In this document: positions 49,990-58,880 of the stretch, in pieces
Layout: the number at the start of each line of letters is the position of its first letter
How positions within the stretch are numbered: position 1 is the first letter of the stretch
DNA from: an uncultured Clostridia bacterium
GTDB taxonomy: Bacteria > Bacillota > Clostridia > TANB77 > CAG-508
Length of the DNA: 64,000 nt
Assembly: GCA_934168355.1 (NCBI GenBank)
Contig: CAKPNI010000002.1
Location: 977-64,976, forward strand
Direction: 5' to 3'
Notes under the pieces: generated by a model
Told to the model about the DNA's origin: nothing
Seen by the model: only the letters and a program-made list of their open reading frames with translations
Databases searched by the model: none
Program-made: the position numbers and the translations under genes

Positions 49990-52434
49990 ATGAGAAGAAA
50001 AACGCGAGCAAAAGTAAAAAAAGGCATAATAATTTCAGGAGTAATTATAGGCATAATTTTAATAATAATAGGAATAATTCTTGTAATAAAATTACACGAA
50101 AAACCAGAAATATCCTATGATGATGGATTAACAGGCAAAAATTATTTTACACAAATAACTATAGATTTAGGAACAAAAGAAGTAAAAAGAGATAATAATG
50201 AAACTACTCTTCAAGAAGAATTCAAAGTTACAGATGACGAAACAAATTTAGCATTTAGCTCTATGGACGAAATGAAAAAAATGCTATCAAATTCGGTATT
50301 TGACATATCAGAAAATGGACAAACATTAACAATAAAAAATCCATATCAAACAAAAAGCATTATAGTAAAAGCAACAGACATAAAAGAAAAAGTAGAAGGA
50401 GAAGAAACAGTTCAAATTGCAGATAATTTGTATGTATTAAGCTTCTATTCAGAAAAATTAACAAAAGCGATGTACAACTATTATAAAGATAAAGATTACA
50501 TAGAAAAAGTGTATTATGATGAAGTAACAATAAATGAGCAAATAAACGATATATCGCAAACCATGTATGGAGATACAGAAATAGACTTAGCTGGACATCA
50601 TTCTTTAGGTATGACAACTATGGGATTGGACAATTATGGAAAAATAATAAATGATAATGGAAATCCATCAAATATAGTCATTGGAACTATCGGGTATGGA
50701 ATAAATTATCAAAATGAATTTTTTAAAGATAGAATAAGTGAAAATTATTACAATTTTGTACTAAACAACAAAGACATATCAGAAACAAACCAGCAAGGAA
50801 GCAGAATTGCGGAAGTTTTGATAGATTCTACGACTAGTAATGTAAAAATAATGCCATTAGTTACAGTAACAAAAGAAGGGTATATGAGTACGTCAAGTAT
50901 TTTAAAAGCAATTGTATATTCTGTAAAAAATTCAGATGTAATTTGCTATGAATTAGTAAATACACAAAGTGAGCCGATAGATATTGCTTTAGAAAATTGC
51001 TTTAAAGAAAACATCCCAGTATGTAGTGTTTCATCAAACAATCAATATATAACAAAAGAAAGTGCACAAAACGACGAACAAAATGAAAATGCTAAAGAAA
51101 AAGGAGATTATCCAGCGAATCATGGAATGACAATTGCTGTGTCATCATTAGATAGAAACCTGGAATTAGCAGATTACTCAGGAAGCGGAGAATACATAGA
51201 CTTTTCGGCACCTAGTACAGATGTTGAAGAAATATTTAGTAATAGTTCCAATATTTCAAGATGGTCAGGAAGTCAATACTCCAATGCTCAAATTGTTGCA
51301 GCAATAGCATTAATAAAAACATATAACAAAGAAGCAACAATTTTGGATGTATATAACTTTTTAAGAAACTTTTCACAGGATTTAGGAAAAGAAGGAAAAG
51401 ATGACCTTTATGGATATGGATGCCCAAATTTTAAAGAATTAACAATTACAGATATTGATAAAGACAAACCAACAATAAAAGAAGTTATATATGATAATGA
51501 AAATTGGGAAGTTGTAAAACAATTAAAAATTGTTGCAAATGATAATATAAGAATAACAAATTGGGCAATTACAAAAAATGAAAATGGACCAGGTGACGGA
51601 GAGTGGAATGATATGCAAGCAGTAACCCCAACATTAGATGTAACAGCCACGATTACAGAGAATGGAAAATATTATATTTGGGTTCAAGATGCAGCCGGAA
51701 ATACTGAAAGCAAAGAAATATCAATAGATAAGGTTGACAATACACCACCACAAATAGCGTATAATATCAATAAAGATACCTTAAGTGCAGGATATGTAAC
51801 GATAACTGTAACAGCTGAAGACAATCAGTCCGGATTATATGACAGTCCATTTAGTTGGGATAAAATAACATGGTCTCAAGAAAATAGTACAAGAACGATT
51901 AAGGAAAATGGAAGATATAAGGTTTATGCTGAAGACAATTTAGGAAATGTTGGAGAACTGGAAATATTAGTTGATTGCTTCCCACAAGCTGGAACATATG
52001 AATTACAAGATGGAAATATAATTACATCTATGAATGTATCGGCAGATTGGGTAGGTAATACAAATAATAATGTGGAAATTCAATTAAATAAAGATATAAA
52101 TATTATAGGTTGGCAAATAACAACTTCAGAAAATGTACCAACAGAGTTTATTGCAGTAGACACAGGTAATAACATATCAAATGAAAATAATGAGCAAAAC
52201 AATACAAGCAATACATTATTTAATTTACCAAATAATGTTGTTATAAACAGTAATATAACTTCATCACAAACAAATACGACGTCGCAAGTAACTCAAGAAA
52301 CACAACAACCAAGAACCGAGCCAATTGTAATCCATACTTCATTAGATATAGATAAAGTGTACTATTTATGGATAAAAGATAGCTATGGAAATACGTCATA
52401 TCAGACTTTTTCAATACATAAAGCGGTAATATAG
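49990..52434 (+). CDS. membrane-anchored surface protein with degenerate subtilase (S8)-like domain and Ig-like repeats
   Basis: N-terminal TM segment. SAPSTDV ... SGSQYSNAQIVAAIALIKTY ... DLYGYGCPNF aligns by eye to the S8 Ser region, but with the GTS motif altered. C-terminal repeats of the type ENGKYYIWVQDAAGNT / ENGRYKVYAEDNLGNV. Confidence 0.5.
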   Translation: MRRKTRAKVKKGIIISGVIIGIILIIIGIILVIKLHEKPEISYDDGLTGKNYFTQITIDLGTKEVKRDNNETTLQEEFKVTDDETNLAFSSMDEMKKMLSNSVFDISENGQTLTIKNPYQTKSIIVKATDIKEKVEGEETVQIADNLYVLSFYSEKLTKAMYNYYKDKDYIEKVYYDEVTINEQINDISQTMYGDTEIDLAGHHSLGMTTMGLDNYGKIINDNGNPSNIVIGTIGYGINYQNEFFKDRISENYYNFVLNNKDISETNQQGSRIAEVLIDSTTSNVKIMPLVTVTKEGYMSTSSILKAIVYSVKNSDVICYELVNTQSEPIDIALENCFKENIPVCSVSSNNQYITKESAQNDEQNENAKEKGDYPANHGMTIAVSSLDRNLELADYSGSGEYIDFSAPSTDVEEIFSNSSNISRWSGSQYSNAQIVAAIALIKTYNKEATILDVYNFLRNFSQDLGKEGKDDLYGYGCPNFKELTITDIDKDKPTIKEVIYDNENWEVVKQLKIVANDNIRITNWAITKNENGPGDGEWNDMQAVTPTLDVTATITENGKYYIWVQDAAGNTESKEISIDKVDNTPPQIAYNINKDTLSAGYVTITVTAEDNQSGLYDSPFSWDKITWSQENSTRTIKENGRYKVYAEDNLGNVGELEILVDCFPQAGTYELQDGNIITSMNVSADWVGNTNNNVEIQLNKDINIIGWQITTSENVPTEFIAVDTGNNISNENNEQNNTSNTLFNLPNNVVINSNITSSQTNTTSQVTQETQQPRTEPIVIHTSLDIDKVYYLWIKDSYGNTSYQTFSIHKAVI

Positions 52435-52447
52435 GGAGGAAATCAAA

Positions 52448-53449
52448 ATGTCATTTATAGATGAAATAAAAGCAAGAGCGAAAAAAGAAATAAAAACAAT
52501 AATTTTACCAGAAGCGGAAGATAAAAGAGTTTTAGAAGCAGCAAGTAAAGTAACAAAAGAGGGATTTGCTAAGGTTATACTTTTAGGAGATGCTACAAAA
52601 ATAAAAGAAGATTGTAAATCAAATGAAATAGATTTAGATGGAGTGGATATTATAAATCCACTTACATCTGAAAAAAAGGAAGAATACAAACAAAAATTAT
52701 ATGAACTTAGAAAAAATAAGGGAATGACACTTGAGCAAGCTGAAGATTTATTAAAAGAGCCAATATATTTTGGCATGATGATGTTAAAAGACGAAAATTC
52801 CAATGCAGATGGATTAGTCTCAGGTGCAGCGCATTCCACAGCAAATACCTTAAGACCTGCACTTCAAATATTAAAAACAAAACCGGGAACAAAGCTTGTG
52901 TCAGCATTTTTCATAATGTGTGTTCCAAACTGTGAATATGGAGAAAATGGAACATTTATATTTGGAGATAGTGGATTAAACCAAAATCCAACAGCAGATG
53001 AGTTATCAGAAATTGCAATATCATCATCAAAAAGTTTTGAGCAGTTGGTTCAAAAAGAAGCAAAAGTAGCAATGCTTTCATATTCTACAAAAGGAAGTGC
53101 CAAATCTGAATTGACAGAAAAAGTAATAGAGGCAACTAAATTGGTGAAAGAAAAAAAGTCTACTTTAATGGTAGATGGAGAATTACAAGTTGATAGCGCA
53201 ATTGTACCAGAAATAGCAGCTTCTAAAGCTCCTGATAGTCCATTAAAAGGAAAAGCAAATGTACTTATCTTTCCAGATTTGGATGCAGGAAATATTGGTT
53301 ATAAGTTAGTTCAAAGATTGGCTAAGGCTGAAGCTTATGGACCACTTTGCCAAGGTATTGCAAAACCTGTTAATGATTTGTCTCGCGGATGCTCAGCTGA
53401 TGATATTGTTGGAGTTGTCGCAATAACTGCTGTTCAGGCGCAGGAGTGA
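52448..53449 (+). CDS. pta: phosphate acetyltransferase
   Basis: IILPEAEDKRVLEAA ... DGLVSGAAHSTANTLRPALQI ... FPDLDAGNIGYKLVQRLA. Confidence 0.95.
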   Translation: MSFIDEIKARAKKEIKTIILPEAEDKRVLEAASKVTKEGFAKVILLGDATKIKEDCKSNEIDLDGVDIINPLTSEKKEEYKQKLYELRKNKGMTLEQAEDLLKEPIYFGMMMLKDENSNADGLVSGAAHSTANTLRPALQILKTKPGTKLVSAFFIMCVPNCEYGENGTFIFGDSGLNQNPTADELSEIAISSSKSFEQLVQKEAKVAMLSYSTKGSAKSELTEKVIEATKLVKEKKSTLMVDGELQVDSAIVPEIAASKAPDSPLKGKANVLIFPDLDAGNIGYKLVQRLAKAEAYGPLCQGIAKPVNDLSRGCSADDIVGVVAITAVQAQE

Positions 53450-53454
53450 CTCAC

Positions 53455-53485
53455 TGGCACAAAAAGAACCGGTCCCGATGGGTCA
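53455..53485. repeat. intergenic element copy R11 (single half-unit)
   Basis: tggcacaaaaagaaccggtcccgatgggtca, nearly identical to the second unit of R4, between pta and ackA. Confidence 0.75.
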
Positions 53486-53501
53486 AGAAAAGAGGTGTAA
53501 T

Positions 53502-54743
53502 ATGAAAATACTAGTTATAAATGCAGGAAGTTCGTCACTAAAGTATCAGGTAATAGATATGGAAACAGACGAAATGCTAGTAAAAGGAAATTTTGAAAGA
53601 ATAGGCCAAGCAGGCTCATTCTTAACACATAAGGTAAATGGGGTAAAACGTAGATTTGAGCATGAAGTAAAAAATCATGAAGAAGCTATACAATTTATAA
53701 TATCAAGAATATTAAATAGACACTATGGAGTTATGAAAAGTCTTGATGAATTAGCAGGAATAGGACACAGAGTAGTACATGGAGGAGAAAAATTTAAGAC
53801 TCCTGTTATAATTACAGATGAAGTTATAGAAGAAATAGAAAAATGTTCAGATTTAGCCCCACTTCATAATCCAAATGCAATAGCAGGAATAAAGGCATGC
53901 CAAAAAGTAGTACCAAATATGAAAATGGTTGCAGTATTTGATACAGCATTTCATCAAACAATACCAAAGGAAAAATATATTTATCCAATTCCATATGAAT
54001 ACTACGAAAAATATGGTATAAGAAAATATGGATTTCATGGAATTTCACATGAATATGTTGCAAATAGAGTTGCAAAGCTTATGAACAAAGACATAAAAGA
54101 CTTAAAAATAATAAGTTGTCATTTGGGGCAAGGTGCAAGTTTATGTGCTATAAAGAACGGAAAGTCACAAGAAACAACAATGGGATTAACACCACTTGGC
54201 GGAATACCAATGGGTTCGAGAAGTGGAGATTTAGACCCATCAGTTATAACATATTTAATAAAAAAATCAGAAAAACCAACAGTTGGAGTAAGAGAACTTG
54301 CAAAAACTGACCATAAAGAATTAACTGCTGAAGAAGTAGAAGAAATGCTTAATAAAAAATCAGGAGTTTATGGAATATCAAGAATATCTTTAGATTTTAG
54401 AGATGTAGAATTAGATAGTTTATCAGGAGGACATCATGCAAAACTTGCATTAGATGTGTTTGATTATAGAGTGGCTCAGGAAATTGCAAAATGTGCAGTT
54501 GCAATTGGCGGAGTAGATGTAATAACATTTGAAGCAGGTGTTGGGGAAAAAGGCCCACTTGATAGAAAACATATCTGTGAGTACCTAGGAATTTTAGGAG
54601 TAGAATTAGATAGAGAGGCAAACGAAGAAACAAAAGGCGAAGAAAGAGAAATATCTACACCATCTTCTAAGGTTAAGGTTTGGGTTGTTCCTACAAATGA
54701 AGAATTGATGATTGCAAGAGAAACTTATGAATTGGTAAAATAA
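53502..54743 (+). CDS. ackA: acetate kinase (copy 1)
   Basis: MKILVINAGSSSLKYQ, FDTAFHQT, RKYGFHGISH and VPTNEELMIARET motifs. Confidence 0.95.
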   Translation: MKILVINAGSSSLKYQVIDMETDEMLVKGNFERIGQAGSFLTHKVNGVKRRFEHEVKNHEEAIQFIISRILNRHYGVMKSLDELAGIGHRVVHGGEKFKTPVIITDEVIEEIEKCSDLAPLHNPNAIAGIKACQKVVPNMKMVAVFDTAFHQTIPKEKYIYPIPYEYYEKYGIRKYGFHGISHEYVANRVAKLMNKDIKDLKIISCHLGQGASLCAIKNGKSQETTMGLTPLGGIPMGSRSGDLDPSVITYLIKKSEKPTVGVRELAKTDHKELTAEEVEEMLNKKSGVYGISRISLDFRDVELDSLSGGHHAKLALDVFDYRVAQEIAKCAVAIGGVDVITFEAGVGEKGPLDRKHICEYLGILGVELDREANEETKGEEREISTPSSKVKVWVVPTNEELMIARETYELVK

Positions 54744-54745
54744 AA

Positions 54746-54809
54746 TTGTTCGTTTGGAACTGGTTCTTTTAAGAACATGTTCTTAAAAGAACCGGTCCCA
54801 AATGAACAA
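54746..54809. repeat. intergenic palindromic element copy R12 (GAACATGTTC-centre subfamily)
   Basis: ttgttcgtttggaactggttcttttaagaacatgttcttaaaagaaccggtcccaaatgaacaa, between the two ackA genes. Confidence 0.85.
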
Positions 54810-54831
54810 AAAAAGAAAGGAAGATTTAAAA

Positions 54832-56022
54832 ATGAAAATATTAGTATTAAACTGTGGTAGTTCATCACTAAAGTATCAATTAATTAACATGGAAACAGAT
54901 GAGGTATTAGCATCTGGAAAATATGAAAGAATAGGAGAAAAAGAAGCATTTATAACACACAAAGCATGTGGCAAAAAAGTAAGAATAGACCATGTTGCAA
55001 TGGACCATACAGAAGCAATAGATTTTACATTAAAACAATTAACAAATCCAGAATACAAAGTAATAGATAGCTTAGACGAAGTAAGTGCTATTGGGCACAG
55101 ACTAGTTCATGGGGGAGAAAAAATTGCAGAATCAGTTGTAATTGATGAAAATGTTATAGAGGTATTAAAAGAATGTACAGATTTAGCACCACTACACAAC
55201 CCAGCAGGAATAATGGGAATAGAAGCTTGCCAAAAAGTAATGCCGGGAAAACCAATGGTAGGAGTATTTGATACTGCATTCCATCAAACAATGCCAAAAG
55301 AACATTATATTTATCCAATACCATATGAATTTTACAAAAAATATGGAATAAGAAAATATGGATTCCACGGAACATCACATATGTACGTTTCAAATAGATT
55401 AGCTGAAATTGAACATAAAGACATAAAAGACCTAAAAATAGTAACATGCCATCTAGGTCAAGGTTCAAGTATATGTGCAGTTGATGGTGGAAAATCAATA
55501 GATACATCAATGGGATTAACACCACTTGGAGGAATTCCAATGGTTACAAGAAGTGGAGATTTAGACCCATCTGTTGTTACATTTTTAATGAAAAAAGAAA
55601 ACTTATCAGCTGATGAAGTTGAAAATGTTTTAAATAAACAATCAGGAGTTCAAGGAATTTCGGGATTAGCACCAGACTTTAGAGAAATAGAAGCAGCATC
55701 ATATGGCGAAAGCGAAAGAGCTAAAATTGCAATTGATAGCTTTACATATGCTATTGCTGGTTATATTGCAAAATATGCTGTTGCAATGAGAGGAATTGAC
55801 TATATAGTATTTACTGGTGGTGTTGGTGAAAACCAAATTAATATCCGTAAATGGATTTGCGAACAACTTGAATTTATGGGTGTTTTAATCGATACAGATG
55901 CTAATAATGTTAGGTCTGAAGAAAAATTGGTTTCTAAACCAGAGTCTAAAGTTAAAGTTTTCGTTATTCCTACAAATGAGGAATTGATGATTGCTAAGGA
56001 AACTGAGAGACTCGTTAAATAA
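54832..56022 (+). CDS. ackA: acetate kinase (copy 2, tandem paralogue)
   Basis: MKILVLNCGSSSLKYQ, FDTAFHQT, RKYGFHGTSH and IPTNEELMIAKET motifs. Confidence 0.95.
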   Translation: MKILVLNCGSSSLKYQLINMETDEVLASGKYERIGEKEAFITHKACGKKVRIDHVAMDHTEAIDFTLKQLTNPEYKVIDSLDEVSAIGHRLVHGGEKIAESVVIDENVIEVLKECTDLAPLHNPAGIMGIEACQKVMPGKPMVGVFDTAFHQTMPKEHYIYPIPYEFYKKYGIRKYGFHGTSHMYVSNRLAEIEHKDIKDLKIVTCHLGQGSSICAVDGGKSIDTSMGLTPLGGIPMVTRSGDLDPSVVTFLMKKENLSADEVENVLNKQSGVQGISGLAPDFREIEAASYGESERAKIAIDSFTYAIAGYIAKYAVAMRGIDYIVFTGGVGENQINIRKWICEQLEFMGVLIDTDANNVRSEEKLVSKPESKVKVFVIPTNEELMIAKETERLVK

Positions 56023-56045
56023 AACATATAATAAAGAGGAGAAAA

Positions 56046-56792
56046 ATGAATTTGCTAGATAATGTGGATAAAAAGCTAAAAGAATATGTTGAAAATGAGG
56101 TTTTTCCTCTTTATGAAATGAATGGAGAAGCACATGGAGTAAAACATATAGAAGCAGTAATTGAAAGAAGTTTTGAGATAATTGAAGAATTTGAAGAAAT
56201 AAATGATTCAAAACAAAAGATTAATTATAATATGTCATATGTAATTGCAGCTTACCATGATATTGGAGAACATGTAGATAGAAAAAAACATCATATTATA
56301 TCAGGAAAAATAATGTTTGAAGATAAAAAATTGGATGAATTTTTTAGCCTAGAAGAAAAAACAATAATGAAAGAAGCAATTGAAGACCATAGAGCATCAA
56401 ACAAACACTTACCTCGTTCAATATATGGACGCATAGTATTGACAGCAGATAGAAATAATAATTTAATTGATTTCTTCAAAAGAAGAGTGCAATATTGTCT
56501 AGAACATAATCCGGAATTTTCCTTGGAAGAAGTCCAAGAAGAGATATGGAAATCTTCTAAGGAAAAATTTGGAAGAGAAGGCTATGCCAAAAATAAACCG
56601 GGATATATGTCAAGCAAAAAATTAGCAAAATATTTCCAAAGCTTAGAAAGAGTATTAGCTGATAAGGATGTTTTCTTTGAAAATGTAAAAAAAGTGTATA
56701 AGCAGTGGGAAAACAGATATAAAGAAGATGAAAAAGACGATGAAATATTAAAAGAAATTGAAATAGATAAAAATATATTAAGACAAAATTAA
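56046..56792 (+). CDS. HD-domain phosphohydrolase
   Basis: HGVKHIEAV ... AAYHDIGEHVDRKKHH (H..HD motif). Confidence 0.7.
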   Translation: MNLLDNVDKKLKEYVENEVFPLYEMNGEAHGVKHIEAVIERSFEIIEEFEEINDSKQKINYNMSYVIAAYHDIGEHVDRKKHHIISGKIMFEDKKLDEFFSLEEKTIMKEAIEDHRASNKHLPRSIYGRIVLTADRNNNLIDFFKRRVQYCLEHNPEFSLEEVQEEIWKSSKEKFGREGYAKNKPGYMSSKKLAKYFQSLERVLADKDVFFENVKKVYKQWENRYKEDEKDDEILKEIEIDKNILRQN

Positions 56793-56804
56793 GGAGAAAA
56801 GCTT

Positions 56805-57749
56805 ATGAACAATATATTAGGCAACGCAAAAGTTGCGTATAATCAAAGCGTTAATATAAAATATGATGGCTTAAGACTCTTAAAAGAAATAAATAATAAT
56901 ATATCTAAAAACAAAAATATAATTATAAAAGCAAATGAAAAAGATATTATAGAAAAAAACGGATTTAAGATTAATTTTGATATTATATCTTCTATAGTAA
57001 ACGAAAGCAAAGATGAAAAGTTATATAAAAGTAGAATATTAAATCGAAAAGAAAACCAAATAACAGAATATGATAGCCTAGGTATAATTGATGTTTTTTT
57101 TGATGGAAACACTTATATATTAATTGAAATGGCAATAAAAGCTATTATATCACATAATGCAATAATTTTAATTTCGCAACTAGAATATATGAAAAATACC
57201 AATATGACAATTTGTGGTATAATAGCAGGAGTTTTGAAAAATCAAAATATAAATGAAAATATTATCCAATTGAAATATGATTTTGATTTAACAAAATATT
57301 GTTCGAATGATTTAATAAAAAAAGCATTTGTTATAGGAAATACAGATTTACATAAAACTCTAAAAAGAATATCAAAAATAGATACAAGATATATTGGGTA
57401 TAATGACTGTGATGTTTATATAGAAGATGCAAATAATATTGCAAATTTAGAAAAGATGGTAAATGATAATAAAAACATATTATTTAAAATATATGTGAAT
57501 AAATCTATAGAAATGGCGAACAAGGATGATATTATTTATGTAAACAATATAGATGAAGCAACAGAAAAAATAAAATATGATAGTTGCAATTATTGTTGCA
57601 TAATTTTTAGTAAAAATAAAGAAAATTGTATTAAATTTGCCGAAACAAACAAAGCAAAATATATAGTTATAAATAATACAATGGATTTTAGTAGAACTAA
57701 CAATGTTGAAATCAAAGAATTTTATTGCAAAAAATACATAAAAAAATAA
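56805..57749 (+). CDS. degenerate glutamate-5-semialdehyde dehydrogenase (ProA)-like protein
   Basis: By-eye similarity to ProA blocks (IIKANEKDI; LGIIDVFFDGNTYILIEMAIKAIISHNAIIL; NDCDVYIED; VNNIDEATEKIKYDS). It is about 100 aa shorter, and I cannot find the catalytic Cys block. Confidence 0.35.
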   Translation: MNNILGNAKVAYNQSVNIKYDGLRLLKEINNNISKNKNIIIKANEKDIIEKNGFKINFDIISSIVNESKDEKLYKSRILNRKENQITEYDSLGIIDVFFDGNTYILIEMAIKAIISHNAIILISQLEYMKNTNMTICGIIAGVLKNQNINENIIQLKYDFDLTKYCSNDLIKKAFVIGNTDLHKTLKRISKIDTRYIGYNDCDVYIEDANNIANLEKMVNDNKNILFKIYVNKSIEMANKDDIIYVNNIDEATEKIKYDSCNYCCIIFSKNKENCIKFAETNKAKYIVINNTMDFSRTNNVEIKEFYCKKYIKK

Positions 57750-57771
57750 AAAAGAAAGAAGGAACTAAAAA

Positions 57772-58728
57772 ATGAATTCATATAAGGAAATCAAAGAAGT
57801 TTTAAACAATATACCAAATGATAGAGCGATAATAATTGCAGGACACGAAAATGCGGATATGGATTCAATTGGTTCATCACTTGCATTAGCATATTTTTTA
57901 AATAAAATAGGAAAAAATGATATATCTGTGTTAATAGATAAAAAAGATAAGTATAAAATACAATGGTTTAATAATAACAAATTTATTGTACAAGATATTT
58001 CAAGAAAAGATTACGTTTTTATAATGGTTGACTTAAATAGAAAACAACGATTAGGAATTTATGAAAATTATTTTGACAATGCTAGATTAACAATAAATAT
58101 AGATCATCATGAAAATAACAAAAAAGAGTCAAATTATATTATATCAGATGAAAATATAAGCTCAACAGCAGAAATGATTTTTAACCTAATTAATGAATTT
58201 GATACGAAAATTGATGAAAATATTGCATCATTATTATATGCAGGAATTCTTACAGATACAGCAGGTTTCTCGCATAGGCTAACACCAAAGACATTTGAGA
58301 CTATGTCAAAACTTTTAGAATGTGGAATTAATTATAAATATATTACAAAAAAAGTATTTCTTGAACGTACCATGAAAGAAGCAAAAGCATTATCAAAAAT
58401 GTTAAGTGAAATCAATTATGATGTGTTCCATTATATAATTATAAATAAAAATGATGAAATTTTTAGTAGTCTAGAATATTCAATGCTGTTTAAAAAGATG
58501 GTTCCTATCTTAAAAAATATAGAAGATATAAAGGTTTTGGGAATATTTTTAATAGATAATGATAAAGTATTTGGAGAATTTAAGGCCAATATAGATATTG
58601 ATATGTCAAAATTAGCAGAAAGATTTGGTGGAGGTGGACATAAAGACTCTGCCGGATTTGAGAGTGAGCTTGATATTGCGGAAATACTTAAAATTTCAAA
58701 AGAATATATTGAAGAAAGTAGCAAATGA
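57772..58728 (+). CDS. DHH/DHHA1 phosphoesterase (NrnA-like)
   Basis: IIIAGHENADMDSIGS, NIDHHENN and GGGHKDSAGF motifs. Confidence 0.85.
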   Translation: MNSYKEIKEVLNNIPNDRAIIIAGHENADMDSIGSSLALAYFLNKIGKNDISVLIDKKDKYKIQWFNNNKFIVQDISRKDYVFIMVDLNRKQRLGIYENYFDNARLTINIDHHENNKKESNYIISDENISSTAEMIFNLINEFDTKIDENIASLLYAGILTDTAGFSHRLTPKTFETMSKLLECGINYKYITKKVFLERTMKEAKALSKMLSEINYDVFHYIIINKNDEIFSSLEYSMLFKKMVPILKNIEDIKVLGIFLIDNDKVFGEFKANIDIDMSKLAERFGGGGHKDSAGFESELDIAEILKISKEYIEESSK

Positions 58729-58733
58729 GCTAC

Positions 58734-58791
58734 TTTTTTTGTATTGGGGACGGTTCTTTTCGCGAAAAGAACCGTCCCCAATACAAAAAAA
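58734..58791. repeat. intergenic palindromic element copy R13 (perfect 29-bp stem)
   Basis: tttttttgtattggggacggttcttttcg cgaaaagaaccgtccccaatacaaaaaaa. Confidence 0.9.
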
Positions 58792-58805
58792 CTTTACATA
58801 ATCTA

Positions 58806-58834
58806 TTGAAAAATCCTCCAAAATGTGTTAAAAT
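58806..58834 (+). promoter_or_regulatory. sigma-A-type promoter with extended -10 (TTGAAA-17-TAAAAT)
   Basis: TTGAAA at 58806-58811 and TGTTAAAAT ending at 58834. Confidence 0.5.
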
Positions 58835-58880
58835 ATTGAAATAGTATAACAAACGGAAAAATAAGAAAAAGGAGGATAAC

